64,000 nucleotides of DNA from Bryobacterales bacterium (GTDB lineage Bacteria; Acidobacteriota; Terriglobia; Bryobacterales; UBA6623). The translations under genes were made by a program, and so were the position numbers. Below the pieces are notes generated by a model. That model made no database searches, was not told the origin of the DNA, and was given only the letters and a program-made list of their open reading frames with translations. The first letter of the stretch is position 1, and the number at the start of each line of letters is the position of its first letter. Where the stretch lies: the NCBI GenBank assembly GCA_965204095.1, contig OZ241991.1, positions 2,640,290 through 2,704,289 of the forward strand, in the 5' to 3' direction. Positions 56,191-63,693 of the stretch are shown here, in pieces.

Positions 56191-58053
56191 CTACCCCGGA
56201 GTGTCGTAGCGCAGGTCCCAGTTGCCGAGTTTGTGCAAGGTGGCCCCCGATTGTTGGATGACGGGCTCACCGGCGCGGACCCAGTCGGCGATCTCTTCGC
56301 GATGGCCGAGCCGCCGCAGGGCTGTCCAGGAGCGGCTGTAATCGCAACGCTGGTAGCAGTCCCAGAAAAACAGGTTCTCGACCCCCGCTTGATAGAGCCC
56401 GTGGGCGCGACGGCGATAATCCTCGGGAGTCATTTGCCGCGGCAGCAGGCTCGCCGCCACCTTGCATGAAGTGCCCCTGGTGATCCGCAGGAAGTACTCG
56501 GCGGCGCCGGGGTCCACGAACGTGTCCTGACTGCTGTTCAAACTGTCGGTCGAGGTGTAGGGGATCAAGGTGTCGACCAGCCCCTCGCGGATCCACTCTT
56601 CCAGATCCATCGCGTAGTAGAGGTTGGCCTGCTCGGTGCCCATCACGATGGCCGACACCTCGAAGGGACGCTTCCGGCCTTGCCGTCGGGCCTCGTCGTC
56701 GAGCGTTTCCCGAACCTCGCGCATGAACTGCGTGAGGTACGTGGCGCGGTGCTTCAACCAGCGGGGATCGCGTTCGTCGAGCTTGCGCGCATCTTCGCCA
56801 TACTTCTCCTCGAACCCCTTTACGATGGGCTCTTCGTACTCGACGAGTGGCGGCCTGCGGTTGTAGAGCAGGCAGATGCCATCGATGGGATAGGCCGCGA
56901 TCTCGCGAAACACCGAGAGCACGTATTGCCGCACGCCCTCATAGGCATAGGAAAGACGAGGCGTGGGCTGCCCTTGCCGATTGCGTCCCCGCCACTCGGG
57001 ACGCCGGTCGTAGAGTCCCCCGGTGTTCCATTCGTCCTCGGGCACGGGGAAGTGAAAGCCCGCCACCCGATACGAAGCGTGAAACTCGAGACCGGCTTCA
57101 CGGGTATGATCCGCCGCGACACGTAGTTGGTCGATGCCTTTCTCGCGAAACACCCGGAACGATTCCGCCGCGAGCCGGTCGCGAACCCGGAAAGGGTCCT
57201 GGACCCAGTCATTTGTCGCTGGCAGACCGATCTTCGTGGGGTAGAACATCTTGTCTCCCCCGCCGGCCTCCCAATAGATCCGGGAGAAATCGGTGTCGCG
57301 GTAGGGCTCGATCTCGCGCCGGATGTCGGCCTCCGTTGACGGCCGCAACCAGCTCACGTATCCCCAGGCATCGTTGTGCGCGTACAGGCGGCGGGTGTCT
57401 TTGCGACGGCGCTCCGCCTCGAGCTGTTCGACTTCCTCGTCGGACAAGGGCGTCAATTTGACATAGGCCAGCCACAGCGGAAGGCAGGAGTTCGCCACCG
57501 ACGCTTCGTTTTCGGGGACAAGCCGGGGGCAGAACTGCCGCAGGACCAGTCCCTCGCCGGTCAGGTCGGCGGTCTTCCAGTACAGGTCGTCGATGCGGGT
57601 TCGGGTGTCGAAGGTGGTTGGGCGAATCTCGTAGTCTCTACGGCTCTGTTTCTTGCCGACAACGTCGTTGTGGGTGATGAGACTGAAGGTGGATTCGCTG
57701 TCGAGCCGCATCTCGAGCCGCGACTCGCCGTAACGCGAGCGAAGCCCGAAGTGGATCGCGTGCCAGCCCTTGCGGTTGAGGGGCAGCGTGATCTCGGGAG
57801 CGGCGGTGTTGTGCCCCGCGACGAGCATGACTCCTTCGGTCTTGTCGCTCGCATAGTCGAGCAGGCGCCAGTGGTGGCGCTTGGGCTTTCGCGAAAGAGC
57901 CTCCGACGGCCGGCATTGACTGAAGTCCGAAAGATACACCGCCCGCTCTTGCCCATAGGCTCCAGAACGAAGAGCGCCGAGTAGAGTTCCCGCCGCGAGA
58001 ACCTCCCGTCTGCTCCACAGGCCGTTTTTAGTGTGTTCGTAGTTCATTGGCAT
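56191..58053 (-). CDS. Tat-signal hypothetical protein (620 aa)
   Basis: WSRREVLAAGTLLGALRSGAYG twin-arginine signal and strong codon bias. I cannot place the family; possibly a glycoside-hydrolase-like barrel. Confidence 0.65.
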   Translation of the reverse strand: MPMNYEHTKNGLWSRREVLAAGTLLGALRSGAYGQERAVYLSDFSQCRPSEALSRKPKRHHWRLLDYASDKTEGVMLVAGHNTAAPEITLPLNRKGWHAIHFGLRSRYGESRLEMRLDSESTFSLITHNDVVGKKQSRRDYEIRPTTFDTRTRIDDLYWKTADLTGEGLVLRQFCPRLVPENEASVANSCLPLWLAYVKLTPLSDEEVEQLEAERRRKDTRRLYAHNDAWGYVSWLRPSTEADIRREIEPYRDTDFSRIYWEAGGGDKMFYPTKIGLPATNDWVQDPFRVRDRLAAESFRVFREKGIDQLRVAADHTREAGLEFHASYRVAGFHFPVPEDEWNTGGLYDRRPEWRGRNRQGQPTPRLSYAYEGVRQYVLSVFREIAAYPIDGICLLYNRRPPLVEYEEPIVKGFEEKYGEDARKLDERDPRWLKHRATYLTQFMREVRETLDDEARRQGRKRPFEVSAIVMGTEQANLYYAMDLEEWIREGLVDTLIPYTSTDSLNSSQDTFVDPGAAEYFLRITRGTSCKVAASLLPRQMTPEDYRRRAHGLYQAGVENLFFWDCYQRCDYSRSWTALRRLGHREEIADWVRAGEPVIQQSGATLHKLGNWDLRYDTPG

Positions 58054-58226
58054 GTCTCACGCGTAACCGATGAGCATATCGCGGTTACTCTTGAAAACAG
58101 TTTAGTGGCTGCTTATGTCACCGCAACATTGCTTGGCAGGAAAAGAGGCGCATGCACCTATTTCGGAAGAACGTTCCACGACGTTGCGGAAAGGATCCTT
58201 TCCGATATAACTCAGAGAAGGACGTC

Positions 58227-58268
58227 TTCCGGTAGCGGCCGGATCGGTTCATTGAGCCACAATTGACC
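58227..58268 (+). repeat. 42-bp direct repeat, left copy
   Basis: ttccggtagcggccggatcggttcattgagccacaattgacc against 60915-60956 gives 35/42 identical by my count. Confidence 0.85.
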
Positions 58269-58520
58269 GGGCCCGGATCGGCGGCGGTCCGGATCGACTC
58301 CGGGCCGGAGCTGCGGCATGCGGACAAGGCCGGACGGGTCAGGCCCGGTTCGATCACAGCTCTGGCGGTGGTTGAGACGATCGTCTCCTACACCCGTAAG
58401 GCCGGCCTGGGGAAAATCACCCCGCACGATTTCCGGAGAACATTCGCCAAGCTCGCCCACCAGGGCCGAGCGACTCAGTCTCCGATCAACGGCAAAGGTA
58501 GCCGATGTAGACTGCTATGA
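58263..58520 (+). pseudogene. Tyrosine recombinase (phage-integrase family) C-terminal fragment
   Basis: ...GKITPHDFRRTFAKLAHQGRA matches the HxLRRTFA box. It lacks the N-terminal domains and the terminal LGH...Y region. Confidence 0.7.
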
Positions 58521-58993
58521 CCGCCGCGGGAATCCACCCAAGAAAGACGGACGCCCCACAGTAAGAACCACATGGCCAGCGAGCCCCAACTGGCGAGGAA
58601 GATAATCGCCGCGACCAAACTGCCACGGTCGCTCTCGATCACGTCAACCACCATGTAGCGGAGGTCACCGAGCGATTTCATGAAGGGAGGCGGCGGGATG
58701 TGAGGAGTTGTCCGCTGAACAGTGACACCGCCGCCAAGGACCCTGTCAGAAGGCCCCACAACACGGTATCAATTAGCTGGCGGAAAAACCATAAAATTCA
58801 CTATATACACGCTATTATGATCTGAATAGTCACAAAAAGGTCACGAAAGTGTGGTACTAATACTGTGGTGGTCACCGCCGATATTAACTTTGGAGCTGAT
58901 AGCGTTTACAGAGGGTCACAGTTCTGCAAGCTCCTCACTCGCCGATCTTCACAGTCATCGATAGACAGATAGCTCAACTGAAGGAATCTCCAC

Positions 58994-60754
58994 GTGGCCT
59001 ATCAAGCAGCAGTCACGATCGCGCACACTCTCCGTCAAATTGAAAGTCACGAGATCGTGCTTCCCGCAATTCAGCGTGAGTTCGTCTGGCAGCCAGACCA
59101 GATCTACAACCTGTTCGACAGTCTTATGCAGGGGTACCCCTTCGGCACGTTCCTGTATTGGAAGGTCAAGCAAGAGCACAACGAGCGCTACCAGTTCTAC
59201 GACTTCGTCCTCCACTACCATGAGCGTGATCGGCCCCATTGCCCCAAGATTGGCGAAATGCCGAACCGCGACGTCATTGCCGTCCTGGACGGGCAACAGC
59301 GTCTCACCGCCCTCAACATCGGGATCCGAGGCTCGCTAGCGCGGAAGCTCCCGTACAAGCGCTGGAACAGTAGCGACGCGTTTCCAACCCGGTACCTCCA
59401 CCTCGACCTGCTCTGGTCTCCGACCGACGACGACGATGTCGGGATGCGCTATCGGTTCGAGTTCCTCACCCACGAACAAGCCCGTGAGCGCGACGGCTGC
59501 TGGTTCCCCGTACCGGACATCATGACCTTGGCGAACGGTGGCCCCGCCATGACCCGCTGGCTGAGCGACCGCGACCTGGGCGATCAGTCCATCGAAGCGT
59601 ATGAAGTCCTTTATCGCTTTTTCGAGGTGATTCGAAACCTGCCGCTGGTTTCCTTTTACGAAGAACAGAGCCAGGAGCTGGAGAAGGTCCTTCAGATCTT
59701 CATCCGCACCAACAGCGGCGGAACGGTCCTGTCGTACTCAGACCTGCTTCTGTCTGTCGCCGTGGCGCAGTGGACCTCCGACGCACGCGAGGAAATCCAT
59801 CAACTCGTCGACGACATCAACAAGATCGGCGCGGGCTTCGCCTTCTCCAAGGACTGGGTCCTGAAGGCTGGGCTCATGCTCAGCGACATCGGAAGTGTCG
59901 GCTTCAAGGTAGACAACTTCAATCGCGAGAACATGGGCATCCTCGAAAATCGTTGGCCCACGATCAAGGAGGCGCTGATCCTCACTGTCGAACTGGCCTC
60001 AAGCTTTGGATTCAATGGCGCAACCCTGAGAGCCGACAGCGCCCTGCTGCCGATCGCCTACTACCTGTACTCCAAACAGGTAGATGACCGCTTCCTTACC
60101 GACCAGGCCTCCGTAAGCGACCGGGAGTCAATCCGCCAGTGGTTGATCGCGAGCCTTCTCAAGCCGTCAGGTGTTTGGGGAAGTGGCCTCGACACCCTCC
60201 TCACGGCGCTACGCGAGGTCATCCGACAAGACCACGAGAGCTTTCCTGCGCTCGGAATCCGCGAAACGATGCGTTCCCGCGGGAAATCCTTGGCTTTCGA
60301 CGACGATGATATCGACGACTTGACCGAGATGCGATTCGGCGATAAACGTACCTTCTCGCTGCTGTCGCTGGTCTTTCGTCATCTGGACCTACGCCAGCAC
60401 TTTCACGTCGACCACGTCTTTCCAAGGTCCCGCTTCACCCCGGCCAAGCTACGCAATGCGGGGTTCTCCGACACCGATTCCGACCAACTGAGAGACCTCG
60501 CAGACCGCCTACCCAACCTACAACTGCTCGAAGGACACGAGAACCTGCAGAAGAGAGCCACGTTGCCGGCCGACTGGCTTCAGACATTCAGCACGCCCGA
60601 AGCACGCCTCAACTACACTGCGACCCATCTCTTGGGTGACGTGCCAGAGGACCTCGATGCCTTCGTACCCTTCTGTGAGGCAAGGAGACAGCGGCTCAAG
60701 CTCAGAATATCGAGTTTGCTTCAGGGGGCTGATAGGCCCGCCAGTCCAGAGTAG
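58994..60754 (+). CDS. DUF262 + DUF1524 protein (GmrSD-like type IV restriction / nuclease family)
   Basis: N-terminus LPAIQREFVWQPDQIYNLFDSLMQGYPFGTFLYW and LDGQQRLTAL (DUF262). C-terminus HVDHVFPRS...NLQLLEGHENLQK (DUF1524 His-Me finger). GTG start with AAGGA upstream and an AT-rich leader. Confidence 0.9.
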   Translation: MAYQAAVTIAHTLRQIESHEIVLPAIQREFVWQPDQIYNLFDSLMQGYPFGTFLYWKVKQEHNERYQFYDFVLHYHERDRPHCPKIGEMPNRDVIAVLDGQQRLTALNIGIRGSLARKLPYKRWNSSDAFPTRYLHLDLLWSPTDDDDVGMRYRFEFLTHEQARERDGCWFPVPDIMTLANGGPAMTRWLSDRDLGDQSIEAYEVLYRFFEVIRNLPLVSFYEEQSQELEKVLQIFIRTNSGGTVLSYSDLLLSVAVAQWTSDAREEIHQLVDDINKIGAGFAFSKDWVLKAGLMLSDIGSVGFKVDNFNRENMGILENRWPTIKEALILTVELASSFGFNGATLRADSALLPIAYYLYSKQVDDRFLTDQASVSDRESIRQWLIASLLKPSGVWGSGLDTLLTALREVIRQDHESFPALGIRETMRSRGKSLAFDDDDIDDLTEMRFGDKRTFSLLSLVFRHLDLRQHFHVDHVFPRSRFTPAKLRNAGFSDTDSDQLRDLADRLPNLQLLEGHENLQKRATLPADWLQTFSTPEARLNYTATHLLGDVPEDLDAFVPFCEARRQRLKLRISSLLQGADRPASPE

Positions 60755-60914
60755 ACCGGACGTGAAGCGACAAGGTTGGACAGTGACGATGGGATGCATG
60801 CGGCCACCCAAGACTACCCAACCATGCAGGTTTCGCGATGAGGAGCCCCACGCGGATTAGGGGGGGACGTCAGTTGTAACGCCTCGCCTAGGTCCATAGA
60901 TTTCTGCATACAAT

Positions 60915-60956
60915 TTCCGGTTGCGGCCGGATCGGTCAACAGCGCCACAATTGACC
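60915..60956 (+). repeat. 42-bp direct repeat, right copy
   Basis: ttccggttgcggccggatcggtcaacagcgccacaattgacc. Confidence 0.85.
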
Positions 60957-60991
60957 ACTCTGGTCTCGGAGAGGCGGTGGTAGCCGCCAGG

Positions 60992-61459
60992 TCAGTACGT
61001 GACACGTCCCGCCAGGCGCGTCCAGGCCTCGAAGGCATCGAGCGCCCCTTCGCACGGGACATGCTCTATCGGCAGTGCGCGTTCCTCGAACGGCTTCGCC
61101 AGCTCCTCGTAGATGAACTCGTCGAGGAACTCGATACTGGCCGCGTCGTGCCGGTTGACCGCAAAATAGACCCTGCCGATGCGCGACCAGTAGATCGCGC
61201 CCAGGCACATCGGGCACGGCTCGCAACTGGCGTAGATCTCGCAGCCCGACAGCTCATGTGTCGCCAGCTTGCGGCAGGCGTTCCGGATCGCCACGATCTC
61301 GGCATGGGCCGTGGGGTCCTTCGAGCGCAGCACCTCGTTCCAGCCTTCGCCGATGACCGTGTCGTCGCGGACGACCACGGCCCCGAACGGCCCGCCGTGC
61401 CCCAACTCCATACCTCTGCGGGAGAGTGCCACCGCCCGCTTCATGTGCGCCTCGTTCAT
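60992..61459 (-). CDS. Guanine-deaminase-like CDA-fold nucleoside/nucleotide deaminase
   Basis: Start at 61459 within ORF 60992..61681. Shows HAEIVAIRNA and SCEPCPMCLGAIYWS zinc motifs, plus a GuaD-like C-terminal tail. Confidence 0.85.
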   Translation of the reverse strand: MNEAHMKRAVALSRRGMELGHGGPFGAVVVRDDTVIGEGWNEVLRSKDPTAHAEIVAIRNACRKLATHELSGCEIYASCEPCPMCLGAIYWSRIGRVYFAVNRHDAASIEFLDEFIYEELAKPFEERALPIEHVPCEGALDAFEAWTRLAGRVTY

Positions 61460-61692
61460 CTTTCTATCGTGCCGGCCCGCCGCTCGAACCGGTCCGGCCT
61501 CGCATACGCCGCCTCCACCTTGTTCGGCGCCATTTGTGTCAGCGCCGCCTCGATGACCTCCCGCAGCTGGTCGCTCCGCTCGGCCGCCCAGTCCCGGAAC
61601 GACGAGCGGAAACCGTGCGCAACGGCGGGGTTCCAGTGGTCCTGGAGCATCTTCGGCAGCTCCGACATGGCGATTGGCCACGCAGCATACAC
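61456..61692 (-). pseudogene. P4-type tyrosine integrase C-terminal fragment
   Basis: HGFRSSFRDWAAE...NKVEAAYARPDRFERR is the typical integrase C-terminus. There is no N-terminal part. Its stop overlaps the deaminase ATG (ATGA). Confidence 0.75.
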
Positions 61693-61725
61693 TATTCAGG
61701 CGGCGTGAAGCGCATTTCTGCGTAG

Positions 61726-61902
61726 CCTGCTTTTCTCACCACATGGCGAGGCGAAGTGCGTGAGAGGGCCGTCAGGACGAAGCGCGAGCCGCTTGGCGCG
61801 CGCAGGCGTACTTGAACAGTACGTTGAGCACGGCAAGCAAGCGCAACGAAGTCCTGGCGGTCGTATCGTGTGCTTCGACCGTCGAGTGGTGAGAAATGCA
61901 GG
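61726..61902 (+). repeat. Hairpin repeat family, copy 11 (177 bp)
   Basis: Ends cctgcttttctcaccac / agtggtgagaaatgcagg, flanked by TAG and CTA. Confidence 0.92.
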
Positions 61903-62008
61903 CTAATCCAAGAAATACGCTTCAAGGTAAATTGGCGAAAGTGCAGCGAACCTTCGACAGTCGATGCATTCTTCAGTTCTCATCCCGCTTGCCCCCTTGG
62001 AAGCGCCT

Positions 62009-63283
62009 TCACTCCGCGATCCATGCCGGATCGATGCGCAGCAAGTCCCTCCGGTTGACGTCGATGCTTCTCTCGATGCGATGGTAGCGCAACAGGATCG
62101 AGCCGTCCCCGGTTTCGCAGAGAAACGGGTAGCGCATGTGTGCGTTCCGGAGTTCCTTCGTGGACGGTTTTGCGATCAGCTTCGAAGCGCTCCAGCTTTT
62201 GCCGTCGTCGTCCGATATCGCCGCGTGCAGGTATTGGCGTCCCGAGCGGTGAATCTCGTCGCCGGGGTAGTTCGCCCAGTCGTTCCATGACAACACCAAC
62301 CGCCCGTCCGACAACCGCAGGATGCCGGCCGGAGCGTTGGCCGCCCGGATGTCGGTCGGCGTGGAGGGTTCCCACGAGCTGCCGCCGTCCGGCGAGAACG
62401 TCTGATAGAAACGGCCGTACTGCGAGCGGAAGAGCATCCATACGCGGCCGTCGTCGAGCTCCGCCATCACCGGTTCGATGGCGCCGGGGTGCCCGAGGCC
62501 GGGACCGAGCGGGACCCGGATGTCATCGTCGCCCAATTCCCAGGTCTCCCCGTGGTCGGAGGAGAACAGGGTCAGAATGCGGTACTCGTATTCCCCGCGT
62601 TCGGCGAGATAGTTGTCGGTCGCATAGTTCGATGCGAAGAGGATGCGTCCACTGGACAGCTCGATGATCGACTCGATCACCGGCACATAGTGATGCCCCA
62701 TGTCGATGCGCTTGGGGTCCGTCCAGGTCTCGCCTCCGTCGCGGGACACGTTGTGATACAGCTCGGTAAGCCCGATCGCCGCCGGATCGCCCTTTCGGGG
62801 CAGGCCGTAATAACGCATGGCGAAAAGATGGAGCGTGTTCCGCCGATCGAGCAGCAGGTACGGCCCGACGGACTGCTCGTAACGAAACATCGTGCCGCGG
62901 CCCGCGGGGTAGGAGAACGCCGCTCTCTCCCGCGACCAGGTGCGGCCGTGGTCGTCGGAATATCGGATGTAGAGAGGCTGCTCCGGGCCCGGCCGCGGGA
63001 CCTCTCTGCGATCGCGCCCCAGGGTGTAGACCGTCACCAGCCGGTCGTCCCGCAGTTTCGCGATGTGACCGATGCGACCTTCATAGTCGATCAGGGCGGG
63101 GCCGGCGGCGGCCTCGGCGGCAACGAAACTCAGCAGGGCCAGCAGAATGAGGGTGCTTCCCCTTCTCCCCTGCCGGCGCTGCCGTTCCTCCGTCAACGAG
63201 GCCCACTCACCGCCGACGCCGCGGTATGCTCCCGCTGCCGGGAGTCTGATCTCGAACTTAGGAATCAGTGCGTCATGTCTCAT
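62009..63283 (-). CDS. BNR/Asp-box repeat (sialidase-like beta-propeller) protein
   Basis: Five Asp-boxes: SDDHGRTW, SRDGGETW, SSDHGETW, SPDGGSSW and SDDDGKSW. Start uncertain; the signal-like LILLALLSFVAAEAAAG begins about 45 aa in. Confidence 0.85.
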   Translation of the reverse strand: MRHDALIPKFEIRLPAAGAYRGVGGEWASLTEERQRRQGRRGSTLILLALLSFVAAEAAAGPALIDYEGRIGHIAKLRDDRLVTVYTLGRDRREVPRPGPEQPLYIRYSDDHGRTWSRERAAFSYPAGRGTMFRYEQSVGPYLLLDRRNTLHLFAMRYYGLPRKGDPAAIGLTELYHNVSRDGGETWTDPKRIDMGHHYVPVIESIIELSSGRILFASNYATDNYLAERGEYEYRILTLFSSDHGETWELGDDDIRVPLGPGLGHPGAIEPVMAELDDGRVWMLFRSQYGRFYQTFSPDGGSSWEPSTPTDIRAANAPAGILRLSDGRLVLSWNDWANYPGDEIHRSGRQYLHAAISDDDGKSWSASKLIAKPSTKELRNAHMRYPFLCETGDGSILLRYHRIERSIDVNRRDLLRIDPAWIAE

Positions 63284-63292
63284 CTTTTCTTA

Positions 63293-63557
63293 CCTGCATG
63301 TCTCACTACGTAGCGAGGTGATTTGCCTGCATGCTGCGGGCAGTCGTGAGAAGACCGCCAGGACGAGACGCGAGCCGCCCGCGCCGGCAACACAGCCCTG
63401 AAGGGGTTTTTAGCGAATCACGAGTCACGAATCACGCCCTTTCACGCCTCCGGATTTCGCATTTCTGGTTGTTTTGTTTTTGCATCACGAGTCGAGTCAC
63501 GAAACACGAATCACGGCCTTTCCGCGTGCTCCAGCCGTCGGGTTGTGAGAAAGGCGG
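63293..63557 (+). repeat. Hairpin repeat family, copy 12 (divergent long variant with heptads 63412-63437 and 63486-63516)
   Basis: Left end cctgcatgtctcactac, right end gggttgtgagaaaggcgg, with internal GGCAACACAGCC and heptad modules as in copy 10. Confidence 0.8.
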
Positions 63558-63693
63558 ATTAAACCCGGAAATGCTTTCAGTTTCCCCGATTCCAAGGTCC
63601 TTGTCACACGAAACACTCCCCCCGTTCAGGATCATCTTGTGTTGGACAACTCTGGGGCAGGTGGAAAGCCCTTCGGTACTATACAATCCCATT

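Noticed and set aside
58100-58270. tRNA gene or tRNA 3' end as the integration site for the islet
   Set aside because: No cloverleaf-compatible sequence or GGTTCGAATCC-like T-arm was seen near either direct repeat.
58475-58759. 94-aa minus-strand ORF with one hydrophobic segment (LVAAIIFLASWGSLAMWFLLWGV) as a small membrane partner of the nuclease
   Set aside because: It overlaps the integrase fragment, has no convincing RBS, and only its first ~45 codons look coding. It may be a gene remnant. Not annotated.
10263-61925. Small ORFs inside repeat copies (for example 10263..10505, 21181..21510, 26386..26589 on +; 42804..42998, 47397..47597, 61692..61925 on -) as candidate conserved peptides
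   Set aside because: The reading frame is not preserved between copies: copy 7 hits a stop after about 19 codons where copy 1 reads through. Copies also differ by indels that are not multiples of three.
10233-63557. Repeat family acting simply as Rho-independent terminators for + strand genes
   Set aside because: In the + sense the GC palindrome is not followed by a U-run. A terminator-like hairpin plus U-run exists only in the antisense direction, and only in the GGAGGAAAAAGG variants. Copies also sit upstream of genes and between divergent starts. Termination may be a side effect but cannot explain the family.
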